Below, one piece after another: positions 8,724-17,509 of a stretch of 48,647 bases of DNA. The position numbers and the translations under genes are program-made. The first letter of the stretch is position 1. Each line of letters begins with the position of its first letter. The stretch is from Verrucomicrobiales bacterium. GTDB taxonomy: Bacteria; Verrucomicrobiota; Verrucomicrobiia; Verrucomicrobiales; DEV007. The notes under the pieces were generated by a model. The model had not been told where the DNA came from and searched no databases. It saw only the letters and a list, made by a program, of their open reading frames with translations. The DNA is taken from the NCBI GenBank assembly GCA_047619485.1, contig JBLHKE010000001.1, positions 1 to 48,647 on the forward strand. The letters run 5' to 3'.

Positions 8724-9314
8724 TTGCAAACCGCTTTGAATATCTCCCCAACTGAGCGTCGCCCCACGCCGATCGCCGTGCCGCAAGCAGCTTCCATTTT
8801 CGTCAGTCATTTCGCCAACAAAGTCGCGTGGATTCGTGTCGCCGGGAAGGGTAATTTGCACAACAGCCCGCGGCTGCTGAGCTTCGCCAAGTGCATGATC
8901 AGCAAGGGGGAGGCGCGGCTGGTAGTCGACCTCGAAGACTGCCCGGTGATGGACTCCACCTTCATGGGCACGCTCACCGGGATCTCGCGACGCTTGAAGA
9001 AACTCGATGGCGGCATGCTCGAGGTCATCAACGCCAACGAGCGCAATGTCGAGCTGATCGAGAGCCTCGGCCTCGATTTCATCCTCACGCTCGACACCGA
9101 TGGGTCGTGCTGGAAGAGTGAGCGCCAAGCCATTTCCAAACAGTTCCGTGATGCCGCAATCGAGCACGAACTCGAGCCCGAGGAGTTGAGCAAGGAGGAG
9201 AAGACCGAATTCATCCTCGAGGCCCACGAGAACCTCACCGAGGCCAACCCTGAGAATATCCCTCGTTTCGAAGACGTGATCTGTTACTTGAAGCAGGAGG
9301 CGGAGGGGAGCTAG
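8724..9314 (+). CDS. STAS domain protein (anti-sigma-factor antagonist-like)
   Basis: ANKVAWIRVAGKGNL ... ARLVVDLEDCPVMDSTFMGTLTGI ... LEVINANERNVELIESLGLDFIL fits a STAS fold. No ATG lies early enough, so the start is TTG 8724 or GTG 8778. An acidic C-terminal extension of about 70 aa follows. Confidence 0.7.
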   Translation: MQTALNISPTERRPTPIAVPQAASIFVSHFANKVAWIRVAGKGNLHNSPRLLSFAKCMISKGEARLVVDLEDCPVMDSTFMGTLTGISRRLKKLDGGMLEVINANERNVELIESLGLDFILTLDTDGSCWKSERQAISKQFRDAAIEHELEPEELSKEEKTEFILEAHENLTEANPENIPRFEDVICYLKQEAEGS

Positions 9315-9425
9315 CAGCACGCAGCCGAAGCTTGGCGAAAACGCATCAACCAGACCTTGCTCCGCCGCGTTTTTGCCCTTTAATGAACGCGGCCCGAAAG
9401 TCACAAGAGCAGGCCCGCTCTCGAG

Positions 9426-10928
9426 ATGCCACCTCCAGCCAACGATCCATCCCCGCCCGACTCCGAGCGTCCCGCCAACGAGGACGACGCTGAGCCCTTC
9501 CCAGCCGTACCATTACCGGAGGATTTCGAGAGCGCCCTCGAGCTGATCGCTAAGATGCGTGTCGAGATCGCCAAGCTTCGCCAAGAGCGTGAGGACATCG
9601 AGGTGGAGGAGAAACGCATGTTCGAGTTCCTCCACGGTCTCGGCGAGGCGCTTACCAGCGAGACCGCCGCCTCCTTAAGGTCCCTCCACCGCATCATCGT
9701 GCAGGGCATTTCGATGGTCGTCGAGGCCAGTGGCGGCGCGCTCTACCTGCTCGACGATTCCGGCCAGACCCTAGTGCCACGCTACCTCTCAACGTCCTGC
9801 CCACCGCTGCTGCCAATCCCACAAAAAGTCCGCAGCCAGATGGCGAAGAATCCCAACGCGATCGTCAGCTACCTCGGCCTGACCAGCATCCCGCGCGACA
9901 AGAGTTTCATCGGCCAGGCGCTGACCACCGGCGAGCCGATCAAGATCGACCGTCTCGGCGAGCACCCGGAATTCGGCGAGGGGGTCGCGGAGTTCCGCAG
10001 AGACGTCACCGCCCTAGTCGCACCGCTGCTCTACGGCGACAAAGAGCTCGGCGTGGTCGCGGTCGGCCACGCTACCAGAGGCAACACCTTCACGAAGAAC
10101 GATTACGACGTCTTTGTCTCCGCCGCCGAGCAGTCCGCTTTCACCCTTGGCAACGCCATCGCGCACAAGGAGGCGACCAAGAACCGCAAGCTTGAGAAAG
10201 AGATCCGCACCGCGCGCGACGTGCAGAAAATCCTGCTCCCGGGGAGCGACCCTAAAATCCCCGGCTACAACATCGCCGGCACCAACATTCCTGCCAGCCT
10301 TGTCAGCGGCGACTACTTCGACTTCATCGAGGTCGACGAGAACCACCTCGGCATCGTCATTGCCGACGTCTCGGGAAAGGGGATCGGCGCTTCGCTGATC
10401 ATGGCCATGTGCCGCAGCGTGATTCGCGCCAACGCCGCCTACAATCACTCGCCCGCCAACGTCCTGCGCGCCGCCAACCGCCAGCTCTTCCCGGACATCC
10501 GCGAGGACATGTTCATCTCGCTCGCCTACGCTATCCTCGACTTGCGCAGCGGCGAGCTGCTCCTCGCCCGCGCCGGTCACGATCCTCCACTACACTTCAT
10601 CAAGGAGACCGGTGAGATCCGCCCGGTCAAACCCAAGGGCATCGCGATCGGTATCGACGACGGCGAGGTTTTCGACCGTGCCATCGCCGTCGAGACCATC
10701 CAGCTCGAGCCGGGCGACACCTTTCTGCTCTACACTGACGGCGTCAACGAGGCGCTCGATGTGGAGGGGGAGGAATACGGCATGGACGCCCTGCTCGAGG
10801 TCTTTCGCGCGCAGTCGTCGAAAACTTCCGCCGGTCTGGTCGAGAGCATTACCTCTGAGATTCGCGGCTTCGCTGGCAGCGCCGCACAAAATGACGACAT
10901 CACCTTGATTGCAGTCCAAAAACAATGA
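9426..10928 (+). CDS. GAF-domain PP2C-type (SpoIIE/RsbU-like) serine phosphatase
   Basis: A coiled-coil N-terminus and a GAF-like middle region precede a PP2C core (GDYFDFIEV, IADVSGKGIGASL, LYTDGVNEA, DDITLIAV). Confidence 0.85.
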   Translation: MPPPANDPSPPDSERPANEDDAEPFPAVPLPEDFESALELIAKMRVEIAKLRQEREDIEVEEKRMFEFLHGLGEALTSETAASLRSLHRIIVQGISMVVEASGGALYLLDDSGQTLVPRYLSTSCPPLLPIPQKVRSQMAKNPNAIVSYLGLTSIPRDKSFIGQALTTGEPIKIDRLGEHPEFGEGVAEFRRDVTALVAPLLYGDKELGVVAVGHATRGNTFTKNDYDVFVSAAEQSAFTLGNAIAHKEATKNRKLEKEIRTARDVQKILLPGSDPKIPGYNIAGTNIPASLVSGDYFDFIEVDENHLGIVIADVSGKGIGASLIMAMCRSVIRANAAYNHSPANVLRAANRQLFPDIREDMFISLAYAILDLRSGELLLARAGHDPPLHFIKETGEIRPVKPKGIAIGIDDGEVFDRAIAVETIQLEPGDTFLLYTDGVNEALDVEGEEYGMDALLEVFRAQSSKTSAGLVESITSEIRGFAGSAAQNDDITLIAVQKQ

Positions 10929-10992
10929 ATAGTCCCATCCCTTGCAAACCGGCGGGGGACAGTAATTTTCAGACGGAACGCATTCAAAATCA

Positions 10993-11595
10993 ATGAGCGA
11001 GCAAGAAACCGAACCAGCCGAAGACAACATCGTTGATCTCGAAGTAGAAATCCCGGAACCGCCCGAGCAGGCACACGCACAAGCCGATACCGAAGGGGAG
11101 AACGCGGCTCCAGTGGAACCTGAGATTTCCAAAGACCCGCTCACCGTGGCCAAGGAAGAACTCGCCCAGTGGCGCGACACCGCTCTGCGCACCAAGGCCG
11201 ACTTGGAAAATTTCCGCAAGCGCTCTGCACGCGATCGCACCGACGCGATCAAATTCGGCAACACTTCCCTCCTCGAGGAGCTAGTTCCAATCGTTGACAA
11301 CTTCGAGATGGGGCTCGCCGCGGCGACCGCCAACGGTGCTGAGTCCAGCATCGCCCAGGGCATGGGCATGGTGCAGAAACAACTCACCGATTTCCTCGCC
11401 AACAACGGTCTCAAAGAAGTCGAGACCAATGGCAAGGAATTCAACCCCAACTTGCACGAGGCGCTCTCGCAGCAGGCCAGCGACGAGGTGCCAGAGGGCA
11501 CGATCATCAGCACCATGCGTAAGGGTTACCAACTCCACGATCGACTCCTGCGCGCCGCCAACGTCGTCGTCTCGAGTGGCCCAGGGGGCCAGTAA
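10993..11595 (+). CDS. grpE: nucleotide exchange factor GrpE
   Basis: Carries LRTKADLENFRKRSARD, a HEALSQ block and the C-terminal beta domain (GYQLHDRLLRAANVVVS). Confidence 0.95.
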   Translation: MSEQETEPAEDNIVDLEVEIPEPPEQAHAQADTEGENAAPVEPEISKDPLTVAKEELAQWRDTALRTKADLENFRKRSARDRTDAIKFGNTSLLEELVPIVDNFEMGLAAATANGAESSIAQGMGMVQKQLTDFLANNGLKEVETNGKEFNPNLHEALSQQASDEVPEGTIISTMRKGYQLHDRLLRAANVVVSSGPGGQ

Positions 11596-11681
11596 AAGGT
11601 AAAAAGTGGGAAGGTGAAAAGTCCAGATAGTCTGGCTTAGCCAGACGACGAACCTTTTGCCTTTAACTTTCCCACCTTTCC
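11596..11681 (+). promoter_or_regulatory. long compound hairpin in the grpE-dnaJ spacer
   Basis: The purine-rich left arm AAAGTGGGAAGGTGAAAAG pairs imperfectly with the pyrimidine-rich right arm CTTTTGCCTTTAACTTTCCCACCTTT. The apex is a perfect hairpin, GTCTGGC TTA GCCAGAC (11629-11645). The structure ends 15 nt before the dnaJ ATG. Confidence 0.4.
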
Positions 11682-11696
11682 ACTCTAGAGCGAAGC

Positions 11697-12875
11697 ATGA
11701 GCGAAAAACGAGATTACTACGAGATCCTCAGCGTCAGCCGTGACGCCGAAGGCACCGTCATCAAGAAATCCTACCGTAAGCTGGCGGTGCAGTTCCACCC
11801 CGACAAGAACCCGGACGACCCGACGGCGGAGGACAAGTTCAAAGAGCTTGGCGAGGCCTACGAGGTGCTCATGAACGAAGAGAAGCGCGCGGCCTACGAC
11901 CGCTACGGACACTCCGCCTTCGAGCAGGGCATGGGTGGTGGCGGCGGCGGCAGTGGCGGTGGATTCCATGACGCCGCGGACATCTTCCGCAGTGTGTTCG
12001 GCGGCGGCGGTGGTGGCAGCGGCGGTGGCAGTTCCATCTTTGACGACCTCTTCGGCGGTGGCGGCAGCGGCAGCGGTCGCTCGCGCGACATCTCCGGGCG
12101 CCAGCGGGGGTCGGACTTGCGCTACGATTTGCAGATCTCGCTCGAGGAAGCGGCGTCGGGAGTCGAGAAAGAACTCGAACTCGAGAAGGCCGAGAGCTGT
12201 GATCAGTGCGACGGCAAGGGCTCGTCGGGCAGCTCTGGCACCAAGACCTGTGAGATGTGCGGTGGCCACGGCCAAGTCATTTCCTCGCGTGGGTTTTTCC
12301 AGGTGCAACAGACCTGTCCGACCTGTAACGGTTCGGGTCAGATCATCAAAGATCCCTGCAAAAAATGTGGCGGCGAAGGGCGCGCCACCAAGACCACCAA
12401 GATCAAGATCCGCGTCCCGGCAGGCATCGACAGCGGCACCCGCCTGCGCACCACCGGTAACGGCGAGGCGGGCGTGCGCGGTGGCTCTTCCGGTGACTTG
12501 TTCGTGGTGATCCACGTCCATGACCACGATGTCTTCGAGCGCGAGGGACAAGATCTCTTCTGCGATGTGCCGCTGGCATTCTCCACCGCCGCGCTAGGTG
12601 GCTCGCTCGACGTCCCGACCCTCGAGGGGCGTTCCAACATCAAGATCCCTGCCGGCACCCAGAACGAAACCGTGTTCCGGTTGCGCGAGAAAGGTATCAC
12701 GCACCTCAACTCGTCCCGCAAAGGCGACCTGCACATCCGCGTGCAGATCGAGGTGCCCACCAAGCTCAACTCCGAGCAGAAAGAGAAACTCAACGCCTTC
12801 GCGGAGTCCATCGGCCAGAAGAACAGCCCGATCCACGAGTCTTTCTTCGAGAAGGCGAAGAAGTTCTTCACGTAG
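11697..12875 (+). CDS. dnaJ: molecular chaperone DnaJ
   Basis: J domain with HPDKNP and a Gly-rich linker. Four CxxCxGxG zinc motifs are present ([32 protein letters not shown]). Confidence 0.97.
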   Translation: MSEKRDYYEILSVSRDAEGTVIKKSYRKLAVQFHPDKNPDDPTAEDKFKELGEAYEVLMNEEKRAAYDRYGHSAFEQGMGGGGGGSGGGFHDAADIFRSVFGGGGGGSGGGSSIFDDLFGGGGSGSGRSRDISGRQRGSDLRYDLQISLEEAASGVEKELELEKAESCDQCDGKGSSGSSGTKTCEMCGGHGQVISSRGFFQVQQTCPTCNGSGQIIKDPCKKCGGEGRATKTTKIKIRVPAGIDSGTRLRTTGNGEAGVRGGSSGDLFVVIHVHDHDVFEREGQDLFCDVPLAFSTAALGGSLDVPTLEGRSNIKIPAGTQNETVFRLREKGITHLNSSRKGDLHIRVQIEVPTKLNSEQKEKLNAFAESIGQKNSPIHESFFEKAKKFFT

Positions 12876-12877
12876 CA

Positions 12878-12895
12878 GGGGGACTAGCCTCTCCC
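12878..12895 (+). repeat. stop-proximal hairpin repeat, short copy (c4)
   Basis: GGGGGAC TAGCC TCTCCC begins 2 nt after the dnaJ TAG. The arms resemble the GGCGGAC / GTCTGCC family with the C:G pair swapped to G:C. Confidence 0.4.
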
Positions 12896-12917
12896 GAAGA
12901 ATCCAGCCTCAAAAAAC

Positions 12918-13673
12918 GTGCATCGCTTCTACATCCCACCCAGCGAGTGGAACCCGGAGGCGTCGTCGCTTGCCCTTGGCGGCCCCGAGGCGCACCATTG
13001 CCACGACGTAATGCGTTGCCAGGTCGGCGCCAAGATCATCGCCTTCAACGGCGAGGGCACCGAGGTGGTCGGCACCATCACTGCGGCGAAGAAATCGCAG
13101 GTCGACTTCGACATCGAATCCGTCGACCACACCCCGCCACTGCTTGCCACCCTAACGCTTTGCCAAGCGATCCCTAAGGGCAAAAACATGGATCTCGTGG
13201 TGCAGAAGGCCACCGAGTTAGGCGTGGCCAACATTGTCCCGCTGCTGACCGAGCACACCATCATCCGCCTCGACGCCAAGGCGGCCGCCAAGAAGCAGCT
13301 CAAGTGGCAACGCGTCGCCATCGAGGCCTGCAAGCAGAGCGGCCAGAACCACCTGCCGACCGTGACGCAACCGGTGACACTCGCCGACTACCTCGCGACC
13401 CCGCAACCTGCTGATCTGCAGCTGATCGCCTCCCTCCAGCCGGGCTCTCGCCACCTCAAAGACCTACTCGCCAACGCAGTAGATAAACCGGTGAGCGCCG
13501 TGATCCTCATCGGTCCTGAGGGCGATTTCAGCCAGGCAGAGGTCGAGCAAGTCCTCGCCGCAGGCCACCTCCCGATCACCCTCGGGCCAATCATCCTGCG
13601 CACCGAGACCGCCGCGCTCTACTGCCTGAGCGTCCTGGCCCACGAGTTGTTCCACGCTCCCGATTTATCCTAA
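12918..13673 (+). CDS. rsmE: 16S rRNA (uracil1498-N3)-methyltransferase
   Basis: The GTG start gives MHRFYIP, the typical RsmE N-terminus. A SPOUT C-terminus follows (ILIGPEGDFSQAE ... LGPIILRTETA). Confidence 0.9.
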   Translation: MHRFYIPPSEWNPEASSLALGGPEAHHCHDVMRCQVGAKIIAFNGEGTEVVGTITAAKKSQVDFDIESVDHTPPLLATLTLCQAIPKGKNMDLVVQKATELGVANIVPLLTEHTIIRLDAKAAAKKQLKWQRVAIEACKQSGQNHLPTVTQPVTLADYLATPQPADLQLIASLQPGSRHLKDLLANAVDKPVSAVILIGPEGDFSQAEVEQVLAAGHLPITLGPIILRTETAALYCLSVLAHELFHAPDLS

Positions 13674-14423
13674 CATGGACAGAAGGTAGCGGATCTCGCC
13701 TTCGACCTCGGATTCGTCAGCCACGGTGTGGGCGACCTCTTCGCGGAAGATCTCTCCATAGCGGCGACGCAGGCGGTGGATCGATGTCTTGAGCGCAGAC
13801 CCGGTGGTCCCGAGCTCGGCAGCGACTTCGGCGATCGGGGTCGACCCGCGAGGATCGACTAGGAAGGTTTTGAGCTGCTCGAAGGGTTTGCCAGCCGATT
13901 CCCACTCCTCGCGCAGGCGCTCGATCACTCGATCGACTAGCGTTTCCGCCCAGCGGCGGTCGAAAAGGTTGTCCGGAGTCATCTCGCCATCGACGGGCTC
14001 ATTGATGTAGGCGTCCTCTGCGGATTTCGCATCGAGCGAAAAAATCACCTCACCGCCGCCGCGCTTGAGCCTGGCCGATTTCCGGTACTCGCTGGTGAGC
14101 AGGTTCTTCATACACGAGAGGAGGTAGGTGCGGAATCGTCCCTTCTCCGGATCTGCCTTGCCGAGGGCGCCCTTCGCCAGCATGTGTGAGAGAAACTCCT
14201 GGGTCATGTCCTTGGACTCCTCCGCCCCGAGGCCGGAGCGGCGGGCAAACGCGTAGAGCGGCAGCCAGTAAGTCTCGCAGAGTTGCTCGAGCGCCGCACC
14301 AGCTCCGTTGCCACCTTTGCCCGCGAGCACGATCATGCTCCATCGCGTGGTGCGAAAATCGAAGGGTGTGCCATCACCAGTTTGTTTTTCTTCGGGCATT
14401 GTCGTTGGTAGTGGGAGAATCAT
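13665..14423 (-). CDS. ECF-type sigma-70 family RNA polymerase sigma factor
   Basis: N-terminal TRWSMIVLAG, region 2 (YWLPLYAFARRSGLGAEESKDMTQEF) and a region 4 HTH (IAEVAAELGTTGSALKTSIHRLRRRY) are present. An alternative ATG start lies at 14399. The 3' end overlaps rsmE convergently by 9 nt. Confidence 0.85.
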   Translation of the reverse strand: MILPLPTTMPEEKQTGDGTPFDFRTTRWSMIVLAGKGGNGAGAALEQLCETYWLPLYAFARRSGLGAEESKDMTQEFLSHMLAKGALGKADPEKGRFRTYLLSCMKNLLTSEYRKSARLKRGGGEVIFSLDAKSAEDAYINEPVDGEMTPDNLFDRRWAETLVDRVIERLREEWESAGKPFEQLKTFLVDPRGSTPIAEVAAELGTTGSALKTSIHRLRRRYGEIFREEVAHTVADESEVEGEIRYLLSMLG

Positions 14424-14509
14424 CTGGGCTGGAGGGGGACACGCAAGAAAGCGAAAAACTGGCCGCTAGTTTGCAAAATAAACGTCCTTTTGGCAGAAGC
14501 AGAGATCTT

Positions 14510-15403
14510 CTACCCTTTTACGCTCGCCGCCTTGAGCAGCTTGATCAATCCAAGCAGTTCGGGCGACTCGGCCGCGTGACGCCAGAGAGCCGAGGAGGTG
14601 AGCTGGATCCTCGGCTTCTTCATCTTGATGAAGACCACGCCCGGGTGCGGTAGCTGGTGCACATCCTCCGGGAGAACCCCGACTCCCGTCCCGCCCGCGA
14701 CCAGCCCGAGTAATTCTTGGAGGCCGTCTGCTTTCATGCGCACGTCGAGGGTGAAACCCGCCCGCTCACCGAGCTCCGCGACCAGTGCCGGTCGCCCGGG
14801 GAAGTGTTTCTCGTGCAGGCTGACAAAGGCCTCACCTTCGAGCTCGGCGAGATCGATCGACTTGCGCAGGGCGAGCAGGTGGTCGTCGGGTAGGACGATC
14901 GCCAGCGCGGTCTTCAGGATGATGGCAGAGGCGAACTCGGCCGCGAGTTGTGGGCAGGGAGATCCTAACAACGCCACATCGATCTCGCCAGCGCGCAGCG
15001 CGGTCTCCTGTTCGACTGGTGACATCTCGCGGATCTGTGTGCACACGTCGTCGTGCGCCCGGTTGAAGGCGCGTAGCGCGCCGGCGAGGAAACCGGGGAG
15101 CGCGGTCGGGATGAAACCGATGCGTAGCGAGCGTTTCGGCTCGCCCTTGAAAGTGCCCATCGCTGCCTGCAAGCCATCCGCCCGACGTAGCAGATCTTTG
15201 GCGTGGACCAGGGCGGCCTCACCTGCATCCGTCAGCGCCAAGCCCTTGCTTTCGCGATCGAAAAGGGTCACCCCGAGTTCCTCTTCGAGATCGCGAATCT
15301 GCCGCGACACTGCGGGTTGCGTCTTGTTCAGGCGCGCCGCCGCCCGGCTGATGTTCTTTTCCTCCGCCGCCATGACGAAGTATTGCAGGTGTCTGAGTTC
15401 CAT
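14510..15403 (-). CDS. LysR family transcriptional regulator
   Basis: Trimmed to ATG 15403 (MELRHLQYFVMAAEEKNISRAAARLNKTQPAVSRQIRDLEEELG is the LysR wHTH). It is divergent from the pirin gene. Confidence 0.9.
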   Translation of the reverse strand: MELRHLQYFVMAAEEKNISRAAARLNKTQPAVSRQIRDLEEELGVTLFDRESKGLALTDAGEAALVHAKDLLRRADGLQAAMGTFKGEPKRSLRIGFIPTALPGFLAGALRAFNRAHDDVCTQIREMSPVEQETALRAGEIDVALLGSPCPQLAAEFASAIILKTALAIVLPDDHLLALRKSIDLAELEGEAFVSLHEKHFPGRPALVAELGERAGFTLDVRMKADGLQELLGLVAGGTGVGVLPEDVHQLPHPGVVFIKMKKPRIQLTSSALWRHAAESPELLGLIKLLKAASVKG

Positions 15404-15485
15404 GGATCGAGGTATAACTAAAAGGCATGGCAACCCAAAGGACAAGGTATTCGAGAAACCGGCTTCCGTCCGCCATCCTTACATC

Positions 15486-16220
15486 ATGAAAGACACGACT
15501 ACGCTCCCACAGACCACCATCTCCGTCCTGCGTGCAGGCGATCGCGGCACCGCCGACCATGGTTGGCTCAAGGCGCGCTTCACCTTCTCGTTCGCTGGCT
15601 ACTTCAACCCGGATCGCATGGGTTTCAAATCTCTGCGCGTGATGAACAACGACACGATCGCCGCCGGCGGCGGATTTCCGACCCACCCGCACTCGGACAT
15701 GGAGATTTTCACCTACGTGATCGACGGCGAGCTAGCGCACGAAGATTCGATGGGCAACGGCTCGGTCATCCAGGCCGGTGATTTGCAATACATGAGCGCC
15801 GGATCAGGGGTGACCCACAGCGAGTTCAATCCGTCGGATGAGAACCCGGCCACGCTCTACCAGATCTGGCTGCATCCTCGAAAGCCCGGCGGCGAACCAC
15901 GCTACGCGGAAAAACCGCTCGGCGCTGGAGCTGGCGAGAACGCGCTCTCCCTCCTGTTCTCTGGCGATGGCCGTGACGGCTCCACCGAGATCCGCCAGGA
16001 TGCAGAGATTTACTTTGGCAAAGCCGACGCCGGCACCGTGCTTGAGGCACCCGCGTCGGAAGCGATGCCCCACGGCTGGCTGCAGGTGATCGAAGGTGAG
16101 ATCGAAGTGCTCGGTGAGACCTTGTTCACCGGAGATGGGATCGCCATCGAAGACGCCCCAGATGCTTTTCACATCACCGCGGACAGCGACAGCAAGTTCC
16201 TGTTCTTCCGCCTCAGCTAA
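15486..16220 (+). CDS. pirin family protein (quercetinase-like cupin)
   Basis: Track ORF 14598-16220 trimmed to ATG 15486. The metal-binding cupin motif HPHSDMEIFTYVIDGELAHEDSMGN is present. Confidence 0.9.
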   Translation: MKDTTTLPQTTISVLRAGDRGTADHGWLKARFTFSFAGYFNPDRMGFKSLRVMNNDTIAAGGGFPTHPHSDMEIFTYVIDGELAHEDSMGNGSVIQAGDLQYMSAGSGVTHSEFNPSDENPATLYQIWLHPRKPGGEPRYAEKPLGAGAGENALSLLFSGDGRDGSTEIRQDAEIYFGKADAGTVLEAPASEAMPHGWLQVIEGEIEVLGETLFTGDGIAIEDAPDAFHITADSDSKFLFFRLS

Positions 16221-16246
16221 TCAAGCAATCTCAATATACAAAGACC

Positions 16247-16636
16247 ATGAAAGAAAAACTACCCACCATCGCCGGCGGCCTGCTCGGCTTCGCCTTCGTC
16301 TTCTTCGGCATCAACTTCTTCGTTGGGATCCTCAAGATGCCGCCGCCACCAGCGGGCTCGCCACCGGCACTGTTCTTCGGTGCCGTCGGCTCCACCGGCT
16401 TCATGGCGATGGTGAAAATCTTGGAGATCATCGGCGGCGTTCTCGTGGCCATCCCCAAGACACGCAATTTCGGGCTGTTGATCCTCGGCCCGATCGTGAT
16501 CAACATCCTCGCGTTCAACCTGTTCCTTGTCCCAGGTATCTCCGCCCTCTTCCAGCCGCCGGTCGTATTGATTAGCGCGCTCTCGGCCTACCTGCTATGG
16601 GTTGGTAGAGAGAAATTCCTCGCCCTACGCAACTAG
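16247..16636 (+). CDS. DoxX-like small membrane protein
   Basis: 129 aa with about 4 TM segments. The pattern is DoxX-like (GLLGFAFVFFG ... KILEIIGGVLVAIPKTR). Confidence 0.6.
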   Translation: MKEKLPTIAGGLLGFAFVFFGINFFVGILKMPPPPAGSPPALFFGAVGSTGFMAMVKILEIIGGVLVAIPKTRNFGLLILGPIVINILAFNLFLVPGISALFQPPVVLISALSAYLLWVGREKFLALRN

Positions 16637-16663
16637 TCACAACCCAAAACGAAACCTACCAAT

Positions 16664-16924
16664 ATGAGCAAACCAACCGTCGCTGACAACAAGCCCATTC
16701 CAGTCGAACTCACAGCCGGGGAAAAATACTTCTTCTGCGCCTGTGGCAAATCCTCCAACCAACCCTTCTGCGACGGATCGCACAAGGGGACGGGATTCGG
16801 CCCGAAAGCGTTCGTCGCCGAGAAGGACGGCAAGGCCTTCCTCTGCCAGTGCAAGCAAACCGCCAACGCGCCGTTCTGCGATGGTTCGCACTCGAGTATT
16901 CCTGACGAGCAGGTTGGTGAATAA
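16664..16924 (+). CDS. CDGSH iron-sulfur domain protein (two CDGSH motifs)
   Basis: Two motifs are present: CACGKSSNQPFCDGSHK and CQCKQTANAPFCDGSH. Confidence 0.9.
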   Translation: MSKPTVADNKPIPVELTAGEKYFFCACGKSSNQPFCDGSHKGTGFGPKAFVAEKDGKAFLCQCKQTANAPFCDGSHSSIPDEQVGE

Positions 16925-16929
16925 CTGAC

Positions 16930-17472
16930 ATGAAAAAAATCCTAGCCTTCGGAGCTTCGACCAGCTCCGCATCGATCAACCGCAAGCTCGCGGTGCACGC
17001 CGCCGGGCAAGTCCCCGACGCCGCGGTCACCGACCTCGACCTGCGCCGCTTTGAACTGCCGATCTACAGTGCCGATGAAGAAGAGAAAAACGGTGTGCCC
17101 GCCGCAGCGCAAGAATTCCTCGATCTGATTCGCGCCCACGACGGCATCGTCCTCTCCATGGCCGAGCACAACGGTTCCTACACCGCAGCGTTTAAGAATC
17201 TTTACGATTGGACTTCGCGCCTCGAGCAGAAAGTCTGGTCGGGCAAGCCGATGCTACTGCTCGCCACATCACCTGGCGCGCGCGGCGGGCTCACCGTGTT
17301 GGAGGCGGCCAAGGCCACCTTCCCACGCATGGGAGCGAACCTGATCGAAGCATTCAGCCTACCGTCGTTTTACGAGAACTTCGACGAAGCTGAGGGTGTC
17401 AAACTGGCGGATCTCCGCGTCGCACTCGATGCCGCGATCGCCAGGTTCGCCGCCAGCGTGGCCGAAGTATAA
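16930..17472 (+). CDS. NAD(P)H-dependent FMN reductase family protein
   Basis: Flavodoxin-like N-terminus KILAFGASTSSASINRKLA, plus MAEHNGSYTAAFKNLYDW. Confidence 0.8.
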   Translation: MKKILAFGASTSSASINRKLAVHAAGQVPDAAVTDLDLRRFELPIYSADEEEKNGVPAAAQEFLDLIRAHDGIVLSMAEHNGSYTAAFKNLYDWTSRLEQKVWSGKPMLLLATSPGARGGLTVLEAAKATFPRMGANLIEAFSLPSFYENFDEAEGVKLADLRVALDAAIARFAASVAEV

Positions 17473-17473
17473 C

Positions 17474-17509
17474 CCGGAGGGCGGGCACTCTTGTCTGTCG
17501 GTCATCCGG
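17474..17509 (+). repeat. stop-proximal two-tier hairpin repeat (c1)
   Basis: CCGGA GGGCGGGCA CTCT TGTCTGTC GGTCA TCCGG begins 1 nt after the TAA at 17470-17472. Confidence 0.55.

Noticed and set aside
10929-10992. I looked for a heat-shock control element upstream of grpE, either CIRCE or a sigma32 promoter.
   Set aside because: No TTAGCACTC-N9-GAGTGCTAA inverted repeat is present. CCCTTGCAA resembles a sigma32 -35 box, but no CCCCATnT-like -10 follows at the right spacing.
11935-12100. Repetitive GGCGGCGGTGGT-type sequence, considered as a possible tandem repeat or array.
   Set aside because: It is the Gly/Phe-rich linker of DnaJ ([10 protein letters not shown]...), an expected low-complexity coding region.
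14598-15485. The pirin reading frame stays open for about 296 codons upstream, giving a 540-aa ORF that would overlap the LysR gene in antisense.
   Set aside because: The upstream part is Ser/Arg/Pro-rich nonsense antisense to a well-formed LysR gene. Pirin homology begins at ATG 15486.
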